From Bryobacterales bacterium (GTDB taxonomy: Bacteria > Acidobacteriota > Terriglobia > Bryobacterales > UBA6623): a stretch of 64,000 bases of DNA. A program made the position numbers and the translations under genes. The notes under the pieces were generated by a model. It worked only from the letters and a program-made list of their open reading frames with translations, searched no databases and was not told the DNA's origin. Shown one piece after another: positions 8,438 to 17,795 of this stretch. The stretch lies in assembly GCA_963422375.2 (NCBI GenBank), contig OY729427.2:6430-70429 (forward strand), read 5' to 3'. Every line of letters starts with the position of its first letter. The first letter of the stretch is position 1.

Positions 8438-8859
8438 TAGTGGTCCGCCGCCCGGACCGAGGCCAGCACCGTCGAGTGCCGGGGCGCCGGCTCGCGGCGC
8501 GGCCCGTACTGCAGCGCCACGACGCCGTCGAGCGTCGCGTTCGCGGTCTTGCGCTTGACCACGCAGCGCAGGTAGCGCCGCTGCGCGTAGCGCACGTCGA
8601 TCGTCACCAGCTTGTCGCTGCCGCCGTCCGGCACGGCCACCGCGGCCACCTCCTCCGCATCGCTCATGTCCGACTCGTCGCTGGCCACGACCTGCACGGC
8701 CGTGGCGCCGCCGTCGACGACGGTCCCGACGGCCGCCACGAACAGCGTGCCCTCGTAGTTGCTCGAGTCCACGGCCGTGCCGTCGGCGACGTCCGTCTTG
8801 CCGGCGGCCGCCGCGTTGCTGGTCCGCATCACGCGGACCCGGTCGATCAGGGCTCTCAT
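8437..8859 (-). CDS. Phage head-associated hypothetical protein
   Basis: A 140-aa ORF with normal composition, lying between the capsid and connector genes. Confidence 0.5.
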   Translation of the reverse strand: MRALIDRVRVMRTSNAAAAGKTDVADGTAVDSSNYEGTLFVAAVGTVVDGGATAVQVVASDESDMSDAEEVAAVAVPDGGSDKLVTIDVRYAQRRYLRCVVKRKTANATLDGVVALQYGPRREPAPRHSTVLASVRAADH

Positions 8860-8887
8860 GCTCCCCTCCTCTTTCCCCAGGCTGGCC

Positions 8888-10102
8888 CTAGGCCAGCTTC
8901 ACGCGGGCGAAGGCTTCCGCCAGCACCGGCATGCCGTCGGTGGCCGCCCGCAGGATCAGGCCGACCTGGTTGGTCTCGGCGTACAGCTCCTCCAGTCTCT
9001 TGACCTGCAGCCGCATGTCGTCGGCGACCCAGTAGTGCCGGAAATCGCCCAGGATGCCGACCGTCTCGCCCGAGACGAACTTGCGCGGAGCGAACTCCGA
9101 CTCGAAGAACGGCAGGCCGAGCAGGCGGTCCGGCTCGCCCTCGCGCACCGAGCCCGACCAGATGTAGCGCCCGTCCTTGTCCTTGATCTTGGCCAGCTTC
9201 TCGAGCGCGTCGCGATGGAAGATCCAGCGCGCCGCGCGCCGGTGCCCGCCCTTGAGGCTGAACTTCGCCCCGATCAGCCCGTCGAAGGTGATCTCGGTCG
9301 CCTTGTTGCCCTGGGCCACGTCGCGCGCGGCCGGGATGCCGTCGTCGGAGACGGCGAACACGCCCAGCGGCTGGTGCGCCCCGCTGCCGGCGAGGAAGGC
9401 CCGCTCCTGGGCCGCGGCCACCTTGTACTCGAGGCGCTGCCGCAGGATCGTCTCCACCGGCAGCACGGCCCGCCGCAGGATCTCGTTGCTCATGCGCACG
9501 CGCTTGGCCAGCGGGTGCGGGTGCAGCGAGCGCTTCCCGAAGCGGATGCCCTCGTCCTCGGAGCCCGTGCGCAGCTCGGTCGTCCAGTCCGGGTCGTCCG
9601 GGTCGCGGTCCAGCGTGGGCACGCCCAGGCTGTCGGCCCCGTTGACCTGGTAGATCGTGGCCCAGGCGCGCATCACGACGGCGTCGTCCAGGCCCTGGAT
9701 CAGGCTGGTCACGAAGCGCTCCGGGACCGTCAGGAAGCCGCCCTCGGCGGCGCTGCCCGCGGTCTGGCCGCGGAACTCGCGGGCCGCCTCGTCGTCGCGG
9801 GCCTCGCGGCCGCTGACGATCCACGCGCGGAACCCGTCCCGGACCAGCTCCTCGCGCGAGCGCCGCTCGCCGCCGCGGGCCGTCGGCGGCGGCTCCAGCG
9901 CGGCCATGTCGCGCTCGAGGTCGTCCTGCCGCCGGCGCCGCTCGATGCGGTCCTTCAGCGCCCCGGCCGCGGCCAGGGCCCGCTCGTAGGCCGCCCGCTC
10001 CTCGGCGCCGAGGTCGCGGTTCTCCTTCTCGGCGCGGTCCAGCACCGCCCTGGCGTCGGCCACGGCCTTCGCCCGCTGCTCCTGCAGCTCCCGAATCTCC
10101 AT
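8888..10102 (-). CDS. HK97-family major capsid protein (with N-terminal delta/scaffold-like coiled coil)
   Basis: 404 aa. It has a charged helical N-terminus (MEIRELQEQRAKAVADARAVLDRAEKE...) followed by ...GGFLTVPERFVTSLIQGL...AKRVRMSNEIL...DGRYIWSGS..., which is HK97 MCP-like. Confidence 0.9.
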   Translation of the reverse strand: MEIRELQEQRAKAVADARAVLDRAEKENRDLGAEERAAYERALAAAGALKDRIERRRRQDDLERDMAALEPPPTARGGERRSREELVRDGFRAWIVSGREARDDEAAREFRGQTAGSAAEGGFLTVPERFVTSLIQGLDDAVVMRAWATIYQVNGADSLGVPTLDRDPDDPDWTTELRTGSEDEGIRFGKRSLHPHPLAKRVRMSNEILRRAVLPVETILRQRLEYKVAAAQERAFLAGSGAHQPLGVFAVSDDGIPAARDVAQGNKATEITFDGLIGAKFSLKGGHRRAARWIFHRDALEKLAKIKDKDGRYIWSGSVREGEPDRLLGLPFFESEFAPRKFVSGETVGILGDFRHYWVADDMRLQVKRLEELYAETNQVGLILRAATDGMPVLAEAFARVKLA

Positions 10103-10145
10103 CGGATTGCTCCTTCCGGCCCCGTCGGGGCCGTCCCGCCGGGCC

Positions 10146-10706
10146 TCAGGCCCGGGCCTCCTCCAGCTCCAGGCGGCGCCTGGCCAGCGCGCGCCGCCAC
10201 GGCGCCCGCCGGGCTTCCAGCGAGCGCAGCGACACGTCCGTCTCGGCGTAGGCCGGGAACGTCACCACCGACACCTCGTAGAGCTTGACCTTGCGGAGCG
10301 TGCGCATCGCGACGCCGCTTTCCATGCCCCACGCCTCGTCGAGCACGGCGAAGCCGACGGACATGCCGCTGACGTCCCCGCGCCGCACCGACTCGATCAG
10401 GTCGCGGGCGTAGCCGGCGTCCGGCGGGTCGATCGTCGCCAGCAGCCCGCGCCCGTCCTCGGACAGGCGCAGCGTGCCGGCCCTGGTGCGCCCCAGCACG
10501 AGCCCCGGGTCGTGGTTCCGCAACGCCCGGATGTCGTCCCGCGCGAGCGTCTCCGCGAAGGCCCCCGCCTCGATCCGCTCGCGGAACATCCCCGCCACGT
10601 CCGCCTCGACCCCGAAGACCGCCGCGTGCCCTTCCAGGCGGGGCGGCCCGGCGCCGTCCCCGGCGCGCGCCTCCAGCCCGCTAGCCTCCAGCGCCCTGCG
10701 CTCCAT
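10146..10706 (-). CDS. HK97-family prohead protease
   Basis: ...LEGHAAVFGVEADV...FRERIEAGAFAETL...IRALRNHD...GMSVGF...EVSVVTFPAY... matches the prohead protease (S78/U35) pattern. Confidence 0.85.
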   Translation of the reverse strand: MERRALEASGLEARAGDGAGPPRLEGHAAVFGVEADVAGMFRERIEAGAFAETLARDDIRALRNHDPGLVLGRTRAGTLRLSEDGRGLLATIDPPDAGYARDLIESVRRGDVSGMSVGFAVLDEAWGMESGVAMRTLRKVKLYEVSVVTFPAYAETDVSLRSLEARRAPWRRALARRRLELEEARA

Positions 10707-11970
10707 CGCCGCCTCCCTCTTCCGCGCCCTCTTCCCGGCCGCCGGACCCGTCCAGCAGGTCCGCCATCGGCCGCATGTTCACCGGCGAGACGTACACGTC
10801 GCCTGCCGGCCCGATCGGATTGAGGCCCTCGCGGGCCCGCACGTCGTTGGGGCTCAGCCAGCCCCACTGGATGCCCCGCGCGCTGGCCTCGGTCCGCGCC
10901 CGCACGTCGCCCCGCAGCAGCTGCGAGAAATCGAAGCGCGCCTGCAGCGAGCCGCGGCTCGAGGGCGCGATCAGGTCGCGCTGGACGGCGTCCTCGATGC
11001 GCCGCGCCAGCGGGGCCAGCTTGTCGGTCACCCAGGCGCGGTTCTGCTGCTCCACGTTGTTCAGCGTGCTCTTCTCGAGCACCCCGATCTTGTACGGCGG
11101 GACGCGGAACAGCCGCGCGATCTCGAGGTCGGTGAAGCCGCGCAGCTCGATGTACTGCGCGTCGCCGTTGCTCATGCCGATGGCCTTGAATCGCAGGCCC
11201 GCCTCGAGCACCGCCACCCCGTGGCGCTGCTGGCCGGCGTAGGACTCCCTCCACTGCCGCTTGAATTCCTCCCGTCGCGACTCGTCCTCGAAGACCCCGT
11301 CGGTCTCGATCACCCCGGCCGGGCGCGAGTCGTTCGCGAACAGGCGCGCGCCGTACTCGCGCGCCGCCAGGGCCATGCCGACCGTCTCGCGGTGGATGCG
11401 GATCGGGGAGGAGCCCAGCAGGCCGTCGCCCTGCATCGGCCCCCTCACGTGGAAGATCTCGCCCGGCCACAGCGCGGACCGGCCGGCCTCCCCCTCCACG
11501 AGGTACAGCGGCCGCCGGCCGGGGGCCCGCTCGGACGGATCCCAGCGCACGTCCACCCGGTCGGGATGCAGCGGCTCCAGCCCGGCCGCCCGGCCGGCCC
11601 CGTCGCGCCGCACCACCGAGTAGTGGTTGCCTCTCAGCTCGAGATGCTCGACCACGCACTCCCAGAAATCGAAGGCCGTCTGCCACGCGTTGGGCGCCTC
11701 GAGCAGGACCCGGCGCAGCGGGTGCCCCAGGGCGTCCTCGCCGCGCTCGCGGCCGGCCTCGTCCCGCGCCACCCGCCGCAGGCGGCAGGGCATCTCGGCC
11801 AGCGTCTCGGCCGTGTTGCGCACGCAGGCGTAGACCGCGGTCGCTCCCAGCGCCTCCCGCTCGTCCACCGCCCGGCCCGCGGCCGTCGCGGCGGGCGCGC
11901 CCAGCAGGGAGGCCAGGGCCGGGTCGCGGGGATGCCGCCCCGCGCGGCGCTCCGCCAGGTGGCTCAGCAT
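10681..11970 (-). CDS. HK97-family phage portal protein
   Basis: 429 aa with ...AVYACVRNTAETLAEMPCRL..., ...VGMALAAREYGARLFANDSRPAGVI..., ...IARLFRVPPYKIG..., all portal-like. Its position between TerL and the protease supports the call. Confidence 0.9.
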   Translation of the reverse strand: MLSHLAERRAGRHPRDPALASLLGAPAATAAGRAVDEREALGATAVYACVRNTAETLAEMPCRLRRVARDEAGRERGEDALGHPLRRVLLEAPNAWQTAFDFWECVVEHLELRGNHYSVVRRDGAGRAAGLEPLHPDRVDVRWDPSERAPGRRPLYLVEGEAGRSALWPGEIFHVRGPMQGDGLLGSSPIRIHRETVGMALAAREYGARLFANDSRPAGVIETDGVFEDESRREEFKRQWRESYAGQQRHGVAVLEAGLRFKAIGMSNGDAQYIELRGFTDLEIARLFRVPPYKIGVLEKSTLNNVEQQNRAWVTDKLAPLARRIEDAVQRDLIAPSSRGSLQARFDFSQLLRGDVRARTEASARGIQWGWLSPNDVRAREGLNPIGPAGDVYVSPVNMRPMADLLDGSGGREEGAEEGGGDGAQGAGG

Positions 11971-11974
11971 CGGC

Positions 11975-12133
11975 TCAGCAGCGCTCCCGCAGCCGCCAGG
12001 CGTCGAGCATCAGCAGGGCCCCCAGGCACACCAGGGCCGCCGGCGGGCTCCACGACCACAGGCCCGCGCAGGCCGTCGCCGCCCCGGCCAGCGACTCGAC
12101 GGCCGCCGCCGTGCGCAGGCGCTCGCGCGTCAT
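11975..12133 (-). CDS. Small membrane protein between terminase and portal
   Basis: 52 aa: MTRERLRTAAAVESLAGAATACAGLWSWSPPAALVCLGALLMLDAW... Its ATG overlaps the TerL stop (ATGA). Confidence 0.4.
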   Translation of the reverse strand: MTRERLRTAAAVESLAGAATACAGLWSWSPPAALVCLGALLMLDAWRLRERC

Positions 12134-13683
12134 GCCACCGCCAGCCTCTCGAAGCGGATCTTCCGCGGGCCCCGGGGCAGGCGCGTGGCCGCCCCGAGGG
12201 CCTGCACCAGGGCCACCGCCCCGTCGATGCGCCCCGTCGCGCGACGCTTGTCGAAGCGCCGGTCGGCGGGCTCGAGGGAGCTGGGCACGCAGACCGCGTT
12301 GCCCGCGCACCACGTCAGCAGCGGGTTGCGCGCGACCCGCAGGCGGCCCTCGAGCAGGGCCGCCTCGGTCTCCTCGATCGAGCCCGGCATCCACATGCCC
12401 GTCTCGGAGGACTTGGCGAAGCCCTGCCCGTGCGGAGCCAGCGGCACGCGCTGCCCGATCCTGTCCAGCTCGTGCCGCAGCAGCTCGACCTTGTGCCGGT
12501 CGTAGGCGATCTCGCGCACGCGGTACAGCTCGCACAGGCCCGCCAGCTCGCGGGCCACGCGGGCGTAGTCGACCACCGGGCCCGGCGGCGCCCGCAGGAA
12601 GCCCTCGCGCCGCCAGGCGTCGTAGGGCGCCCCGTCGGTCTCGCAGGCCTCGGCCACGCGGTCGCCCGGCATCCAGTGCCAAGCGAACGCGTCCCAGCGC
12701 CGCGCGCCGGCCTCGAAGGCCAGCACCAGCGCCGTCAGATCCTTGGTCAGGGAGAGGTCCAGCCCGCCCCAGCACGGCCGGCCCGCGTAGCCCGCGAGGT
12801 CCAGGTCCGCCTGGGCGGAGCGCCACAGAGCCGCCGTCAGCCAGCTCTCGGCCTTGTCCGCGACGCGCTGGTTGAGGATCAGGTTGCGGTAGGCCGCCTC
12901 GCGGCTGGGCATGCGCCGGGCCCGCTCCGCGAGCTGCCGCACCTGGCCGGCCACGAGGAAGTCGCGGTAGGCCGGGCAGGCCTGCCGCATGGCCTTCGCG
13001 CCGAACGGGTCCAGTTCCGGATCGGCCGTCCACAGCGCCAGCACGGTATGCGGGTCGTGCCCGGCCGCGGCGTCGTCGATCAGCTGCGAGAGCAGGTCCT
13101 CGTCGCGCCGCGCCTGCGTCGAGATGATCACCGTGAGGGGCTCCTCGTGCGCCCCGACGGCCGTCTCGAGGGCGTCGTAGAGCTCCGACCGCGGCCCGCG
13201 CACCTGGCCCAGCTCGTCGTGCACGACGAACGTCGGGCTGATGCCGTAGGACGTCCTCGCCTCCGCCGAGAGGGCCCGGTAGACCGTGCCCAGCTCGGGG
13301 CAGAGCAGCTGCTTGGCCGTCTCGCGGGCGCGCACGTGGCCCGCCAGGTCCGGCGAGAGCCGCACCATCTTCGCGGCCAGCCCGTACAGCAGGGCGGCCT
13401 GGTCCCGCGACTGGGCCGCCGAGTAGAGCTGCGCGTTGGGCCGGGCCTCGGGCCCGGCCAGGTGCAGCAGGAGCAGGCAGGCCAGCAGGGTGGTCTTGCC
13501 GTTCTTGCGGCCCATCGACACGATCGCCGTGCGCGTGCCGGCGGCGTTGTCGTAGATCAGGCGCAGGATGCGGCGCTGGAACGGCCGCAGCTTCAGCGCG
13601 CGGCCCACGTCCCGGCCCTCGGGCACGCGGCAGTAGCGCTCGATCCAGCGGGCGTTGCGCGTCGAGCGCTTCAGCACTCCCAC
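12130..13683 (-). CDS. Phage terminase large subunit (Terminase_1-like)
   Basis: ...RYCRVPEGRDVGRALKLRPFQRRILRLIYDN...AIVSMGRKNGKTTLLA (Walker A)... The start is set at GTG 13683 or 13677, overlapping the TerS end. The N-terminus of the track ORF (to 13980) is R-rich overlap with TerS. Confidence 0.85.
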   Translation of the reverse strand: MGVLKRSTRNARWIERYCRVPEGRDVGRALKLRPFQRRILRLIYDNAAGTRTAIVSMGRKNGKTTLLACLLLLHLAGPEARPNAQLYSAAQSRDQAALLYGLAAKMVRLSPDLAGHVRARETAKQLLCPELGTVYRALSAEARTSYGISPTFVVHDELGQVRGPRSELYDALETAVGAHEEPLTVIISTQARRDEDLLSQLIDDAAAGHDPHTVLALWTADPELDPFGAKAMRQACPAYRDFLVAGQVRQLAERARRMPSREAAYRNLILNQRVADKAESWLTAALWRSAQADLDLAGYAGRPCWGGLDLSLTKDLTALVLAFEAGARRWDAFAWHWMPGDRVAEACETDGAPYDAWRREGFLRAPPGPVVDYARVARELAGLCELYRVREIAYDRHKVELLRHELDRIGQRVPLAPHGQGFAKSSETGMWMPGSIEETEAALLEGRLRVARNPLLTWCAGNAVCVPSSLEPADRRFDKRRATGRIDGAVALVQALGAATRLPRGPRKIRFERLAVA

Positions 13684-14099
13684 GGCTTGCTCCCGCGCGC
13701 GACGGCCGGATTGCCGCGCTGGTTGATCGTGGCCTGCTGCGAGATGCGCATCTTCGTGGCCAGGCTGGCCACGGCCCGCGTCTCGCGCTCGCGCAGGCGC
13801 AGCAGGCGCTCGTACTCGTCGAGGCTCGCGCCCCCGCCTCCGAGGCCCTCGCTCTCGGCCAGCGCGATCCACGCCGCGATGCGCCGCGCCGAGGCCACGT
13901 GGCCGCAGTACTGCTCCAGCAGCGCGATCGACGGGCCCGAGAACCACTCCGCGGGCATGCCGTCGACCACCTCGGCCCACGCGGCCCGCTCGGACGCGCT
14001 CAGCCGCTCCGGGGGCGGCTGGCGCTCGAGCACCTGGATCGCGCCCGCGTCGGGCGCGGGGAGCCGGGCCGCCGGCTTGCGGCCGCGCTGGTTGTCCAA
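13671..14099 (-). CDS. Phage terminase small subunit (P27-family-like)
   Basis: 142 aa: ...LSASERAAWAEVVDGMPAEWFSGPSIALLEQYCGHVASARR... It lies directly upstream of TerL. Confidence 0.75.
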   Translation of the reverse strand: MDNQRGRKPAARLPAPDAGAIQVLERQPPPERLSASERAAWAEVVDGMPAEWFSGPSIALLEQYCGHVASARRIAAWIALAESEGLGGGGASLDEYERLLRLRERETRAVASLATKMRISQQATINQRGNPAVARGSKPWEC

Positions 14100-14109
14100 T
14101 GCGAAATTC

Positions 14110-14526
14110 CTACGCTTTAGCGATTTTTTTCGCCCGAATCCGGTCTCGGGGCGGGCGGGCGGGGTTTTCGCCCCCCCTACCCCCCTGCCGGTTGGCCGGG
14201 TGCCGCGGGTCCGCCGGCCAGCCGTCCGGACCCGGCCCGGCCGCGTAGCCGCGGCGCTCCTCGCGCTGCTTGCGCGAGTCGTGGCACGGCCGGCACAGCG
14301 GCTGCCAGTTGGCCGGGTCCCAGAACAGGGCCCGGTCGCCCCGGTGGGGCCGCACGTGATCGACCACCGCGGCCGCCCGCGCGCGCCCCGCCCGCGCGCA
14401 CGGCCGGCACAGCGGATGCAGGCGCAGGTAGCCGGCGCGGGCCAGGCGCCAGCGGTGCCCGTAGCCCCGGCTCGCCGACGAGCCGCGCCGGCCCGGGCGC
14501 TCCCCGGCCGGCTTCCGCGACAGCAT
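14110..14526 (-). CDS. HNH endonuclease (phage, terminase-associated)
   Basis: RGYGHRWRLARAGYLRLHPLCRPC...VVDHVRPHRGD...NWQPLCRPCHDSRK is the HNH ββα-metal motif. Confidence 0.85.
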   Translation of the reverse strand: MLSRKPAGERPGRRGSSASRGYGHRWRLARAGYLRLHPLCRPCARAGRARAAAVVDHVRPHRGDRALFWDPANWQPLCRPCHDSRKQREERRGYAAGPGPDGWPADPRHPANRQGGRGGENPARPPRDRIRAKKIAKA

Positions 14527-14587
14527 TCCGCTCAGGTTCCCTGACTGTTCCCTTGTAAGATTTTCTGGCAGATCCGCGCTAAAGGCG

Positions 14588-14845
14588 CTAAAGGCGGGCG
14601 AAGCGGTGCTGCCAGACCGTGCCGCCGCTCCCGAGCCGCTCGCGGTAGACCGTGCGCCAGCCGGCGGTCCGGCCGGGCAGCCCCTTCGCGCCCGGGTGGC
14701 GGATCTCGAGGTAGCGCACCACCTTGCGCCGCGGCCGAGCCACGCTGCCGCATGCGATCAGGCGCAGCGCCTCCTCGGCTCGCAGGGCGCGCATGCGCAT
14801 GCCCCCGCAGTACAGGAGCACGGGTTCGGCGAATCGGTATTCCAT
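14588..14845 (-). CDS. Hypothetical phage protein
   Basis: An 85-aa core, MEYRFAEPVLLYCGGMRMRALRAEEALRLIACG...; the longer track ORF has a low-complexity N-terminus. Confidence 0.4.
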   Translation of the reverse strand: MEYRFAEPVLLYCGGMRMRALRAEEALRLIACGSVARPRRKVVRYLEIRHPGAKGLPGRTAGWRTVYRERLGSGGTVWQHRFARL

Positions 14846-15658
14846 CCCTCGGCATGGCAGCGGGGCCGGGTCGGCTCGCGCCCGGCCGGGCGCCGAGGGA
14901 AGGCGCACGGGGGGCGCGGCGTTCCCGGCTACGGTTGTTTTTGGACGGTCGGACCGTCCGGCCCGCCAGGAGTCGGGCCGCCGCCTGCGAAGGGCGGCTG
15001 AATCCATGGTACACCATCGGACCGGCACGCGAGCCGCGAGCCCCGTTGCGGATCGTATCCGTGCCGCCGCGAGCCGCGAGAGGCCGCTCGCGCTTCGAAC
15101 CCGTTAAGGGATCGCGGCAATCTCGCCCGGATCCGCCTCTCCCGGGTCCTCCCCCGGGTCCTCCCCCGGGTCCCCGATCCGGCCGCCTCTCGCCTCGCCC
15201 GCTCCCTGTCTCCCGGCTCCCTGCGCCTCCCCTTCGCGCCCCGAGGCCCTCTAACTTGGATGGTGAGGGTGGAGCGAAGCGCAGGGGGGGCTTGGCCTAA
15301 GCGCGCCCCCCCTGCGAAGCAGAACTCGGCGTGGAGCCGGGCGTCGCTTCGCTCCCGCGCCTCGGATCTTCGGCGGCGCGGAGCCTGTACCTCTTGCCTG
15401 CAGCCCGGATTAGCGGCCCGGCCCCTTCCGCTCCCGGCGATTGCGCCGCGGAAGGGGCCTGGTCACCGGCCCTGACGACCCTGCAGGGGGCTTGCAAGCT
15501 GCGGTTTCCACGGTTTTCTCTCCGCTTCGGGAAGGCGACCCATGACAGATCCCCGGCCGTCCCGCTGCTTGCCCGGCGCGATAGCCGGCGGCTGCCCGCT
15601 TGGAGCCGCTCGCCCTCGCGGGCGAGGAAATCTACTGGCCGTCCGCGGCCCCGGGGGC

Positions 15659-15705
15659 GTGGACGGAACGTGGACAAAATCCGCTCGCGTGGACGCTCTG
15701 TGGAC
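15659..15705. repeat. Four direct GTGGAC hexamers arranged as two pairs spaced 11 bp
   Basis: GTGGAC occurs at 15659, 15670, 15689 and 15700 (cGTGGACggaacGTGGACaaaatccgctcgcGTGGACgctctGTGGACagaat). The site is non-coding DNA between the phage cluster and the truncated receptor gene. Confidence 0.6.
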
Positions 15706-15837
15706 AGAATGCGCCGCGAACAGCGCTTTCCCCTCGCGTCCCGCGCGCAGCGGCGTCCTGCCGCAAGTCGTTGTGGCTAATGGATTTGCCAGTCGGTACC
15801 GGCGGCGGAGGGCCGACGGACGGAGCGGAGGTCGCTG

Positions 15838-16539
15838 TTCGATCCGAACTACACCTATGCATGGAACTGGGCGCACTTCCGGGGCGACATGACCTGCTGC
15901 ACCGGTGGCAACGATCCCCAGACCGTCTGGAGTCCCTCGCGCGCCCAGGTTTACGACATGAAGCTGAACCGCTCGCCGACCCGCTACCACATCCGCCATC
16001 GATTCACAACGGACTTCCACTACGAGATCGCGGTCCCCGGCGGGGTTTCCGGCGCCGCCCGCCACGTTCTGGGCGGCTGGAGCCTCGCAGGGATCTTCGA
16101 GGCGAGAACCGGCACGCCGCTGCGGATCACGCAGGGCGGCACGCAGTCGCCGGGCCAGCGTCCCGACATCGTGGCAAGCAGCCACGGCGCCGCCATCCTG
16201 CCCGGATACCGGAACTCCCGGGACGGACGTTACCAGTACCTTGACAGGGGCGCCTTCAGCCTCGTGGAGACGGACGAGTACCGCATCGCGCTGCGGCCGG
16301 GCACCCTCGCGCGCTACGCCATCTACGGCCCCGGCCTGTGGAATCTGGATGCGGCGATCGTCAAGAGGATCGAGGTCGGCGAGTCCCAGCGGCTCCAGTT
16401 CCGGATCGACCTGCTCAACGCACTCAATCACACGGTGCTCGGCGGCATCCAGACCAACTCCGCCTCGGGCACGTTCGGACGGCTCCGCAGCTCGCTCGAC
16501 GGCCGTAAGATGCAGCTAACGGCGCGCTACGAGTTCTAG
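15838..16539 (+). pseudogene. 3' fragment (~last 230 codons) of a TonB-dependent receptor gene
   Basis: ...FDPNYTYAWNW...HVLGGWSLAGIFEARTGTPLRITQGG...YGPGLWNLDAAIVKRIEVGESQRLQFRIDLLNALNHT...GRKMQLTARYEF* is colinear with the C-terminus of the intact receptor at 26396..29758. The frame is closed by TAA at 15778, and no plug or N-terminal part lies upstream. Confidence 0.75.
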
Positions 16540-16559
16540 GTCGCACCCGGTCTTCCGGC

Positions 16560-16590
16560 GGGGCCTGCCGGACCGCGGCAGGCCCCTTTG
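16560..16590 (+). terminator. Rho-independent-like terminator after the receptor fragment
   Basis: GGGGCCTGCCG-gaccg-CGGCAGGCCCC forms a perfect 11-bp stem, followed by TTTG (a short T tract). Confidence 0.55.
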
Positions 16591-16847
16591 ACCTGACAGG
16601 TGCGAGCGCGGAGCCTTGGGGCTCTCGCCGGACGGGGCGTCGCATCGGGCGAACCGCGCACCGAGACGGCCAGCGGGAGCGCTGCCAAGCCGTCCTGCCG
16701 ACGCGCTGATTCCTGTCCTCGAGATTCTGGAAGCACTGTCCGCCCGTATGGCGTCTACGATGGATGCGCACGTGTCGGGCCGGCGGTGCTAGGTTCGAGC
16801 GCGCCGGTCGGCTCTCGACCCGGCACGGGCCAGTCGCGCCAGCAGCC

Positions 16848-17795
16848 ATGAATCGGCGCGCTCGCCCCAAGATCTCGTTCGCCGCCGCGACGCTGCTCGC
16901 GACCGCCTCTTTCGCCGGGACCGCTGCGGCGCAGGGCTACCGGATCGAGACCCTGCTTGGGGACTTCAACCCTTCGGAGGAAGTCGCCCCTGCAAGCGCC
17001 TGGACAATCCGACCGACCTCGATCACCTGCGACTCCGCCGACAACGTCTACTTCGTCGAGAGCGGCACGCACCGCGTTCGGAAGGTCAACCATGCCGGGC
17101 GGGTCAGCACGGTCGCCGCCAACGGGCTTTCCGGGTTCAGCGGAGACGGCGGTCCGACCCGTGGAACGACCGGGTTTGCAAGATCGATGCCGGAGGAACC
17201 ATCACAACCATTGCCGGAGCGGGCGAGGAGGGTGCCGGCCGCGACGTAGGACCGGCCGTAGCGGCCCAGCTCGAACGGCCTCAAGACCTAGCAATCGACC
17301 AGTCCGGGAACCTCTACATCGCGGATACCGCAATTCATCGATACCGCAATTCATCGCCTCCGACGGGCGGCCCCCGGGGCGTAATCGCGACTATCGCCGG
17401 CAGCGGCGAGGAGGGCTTCAGCGGCGACGGAGGCCCCGCCACCGATGCCGAGTTGAACGAGCCCAGCGGAGTGGCAGTCGGTTCGGACAGCAACGTCTAC
17501 ATCTTCGACATGCCGAACAGGGTCGTCCGCAGGGTGGATCCGGCGGGCACGATCACAACCGTCGCCGGTGACCTGCGAGGTCACGGCCTGGTGCGCAGCC
17601 CGGCGACCTCCTTCTTCTTGCCGTTCCCGAGCGCAGTTGCGACGGGCCCGCGGGGCGGGCTACGAGGGAGTCGACTAGCTCATCCTCGGCCCGTTGCCCC
17701 GCAGGGTCCCTCGCACGGTGGTCGGCTCGGAACTCACGATTGTCGCAACCGTCGACGGCCAGGTGTCCAACGCGGTGACGATCACCCTGGGCTAG
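16848..17795 (+). pseudogene. NHL-repeat beta-propeller protein with Soli_cterm-like tail, broken by several frameshifts
   Basis: The signal peptide is MNRRARPKISFAAATLLATASFAGTAAAQ. NHL units (DNVYFVESGTHRVRKV, GFSGDGGP, GNLYIADTAIHR, SNVYIFDMPNRVVRRVDPAGTITTVAG) are spread over three frames. The C-terminal ...ELTIVATVDGQVSNAVTITLG* is in yet another frame. Confidence 0.65.
17325..17356. repeat. Perfect 16-bp tandem duplication (ATACCGCAATTCATCG x2) inside the NHL gene
   Basis: Read directly from the sequence at 17325..17340 and 17341..17356. The length is not a multiple of 3. Confidence 0.9.

Noticed and set aside
10474-14544. 1356-aa plus-strand ORF spanning the protease to HNH region
   Set aside because: It is antisense to five well-supported phage genes and its composition is dominated by R, A, P and G. 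It stays open only because the GC-rich antisense strand has few stop codons.
15085-15110. TTCGAACCC, T-loop-like sequence, as a possible tRNA/att site at the prophage boundary
   Set aside because: I could not build flanking T-stem, acceptor or anticodon arms on either strand. No tRNA-like cloverleaf is evident anywhere in 14.8-15.9 kb.
15139-15174. About 2.7 tandem copies of a 12-bp unit CCCCCGGGTCCT (CCCGGG palindromes)
   Set aside because: It is short, low-complexity and GC-rich, with no associated feature. It is probably slippage in non-coding DNA.
15280-15316. 12-bp perfect GC hairpin CGCAGGGGGGGC-13 nt loop-GCCCCCCCTGCG
   Set aside because: No U-tract follows on either strand and no gene ends nearby. 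It could be structural or an att-related palindrome, but nothing supports a terminator call.
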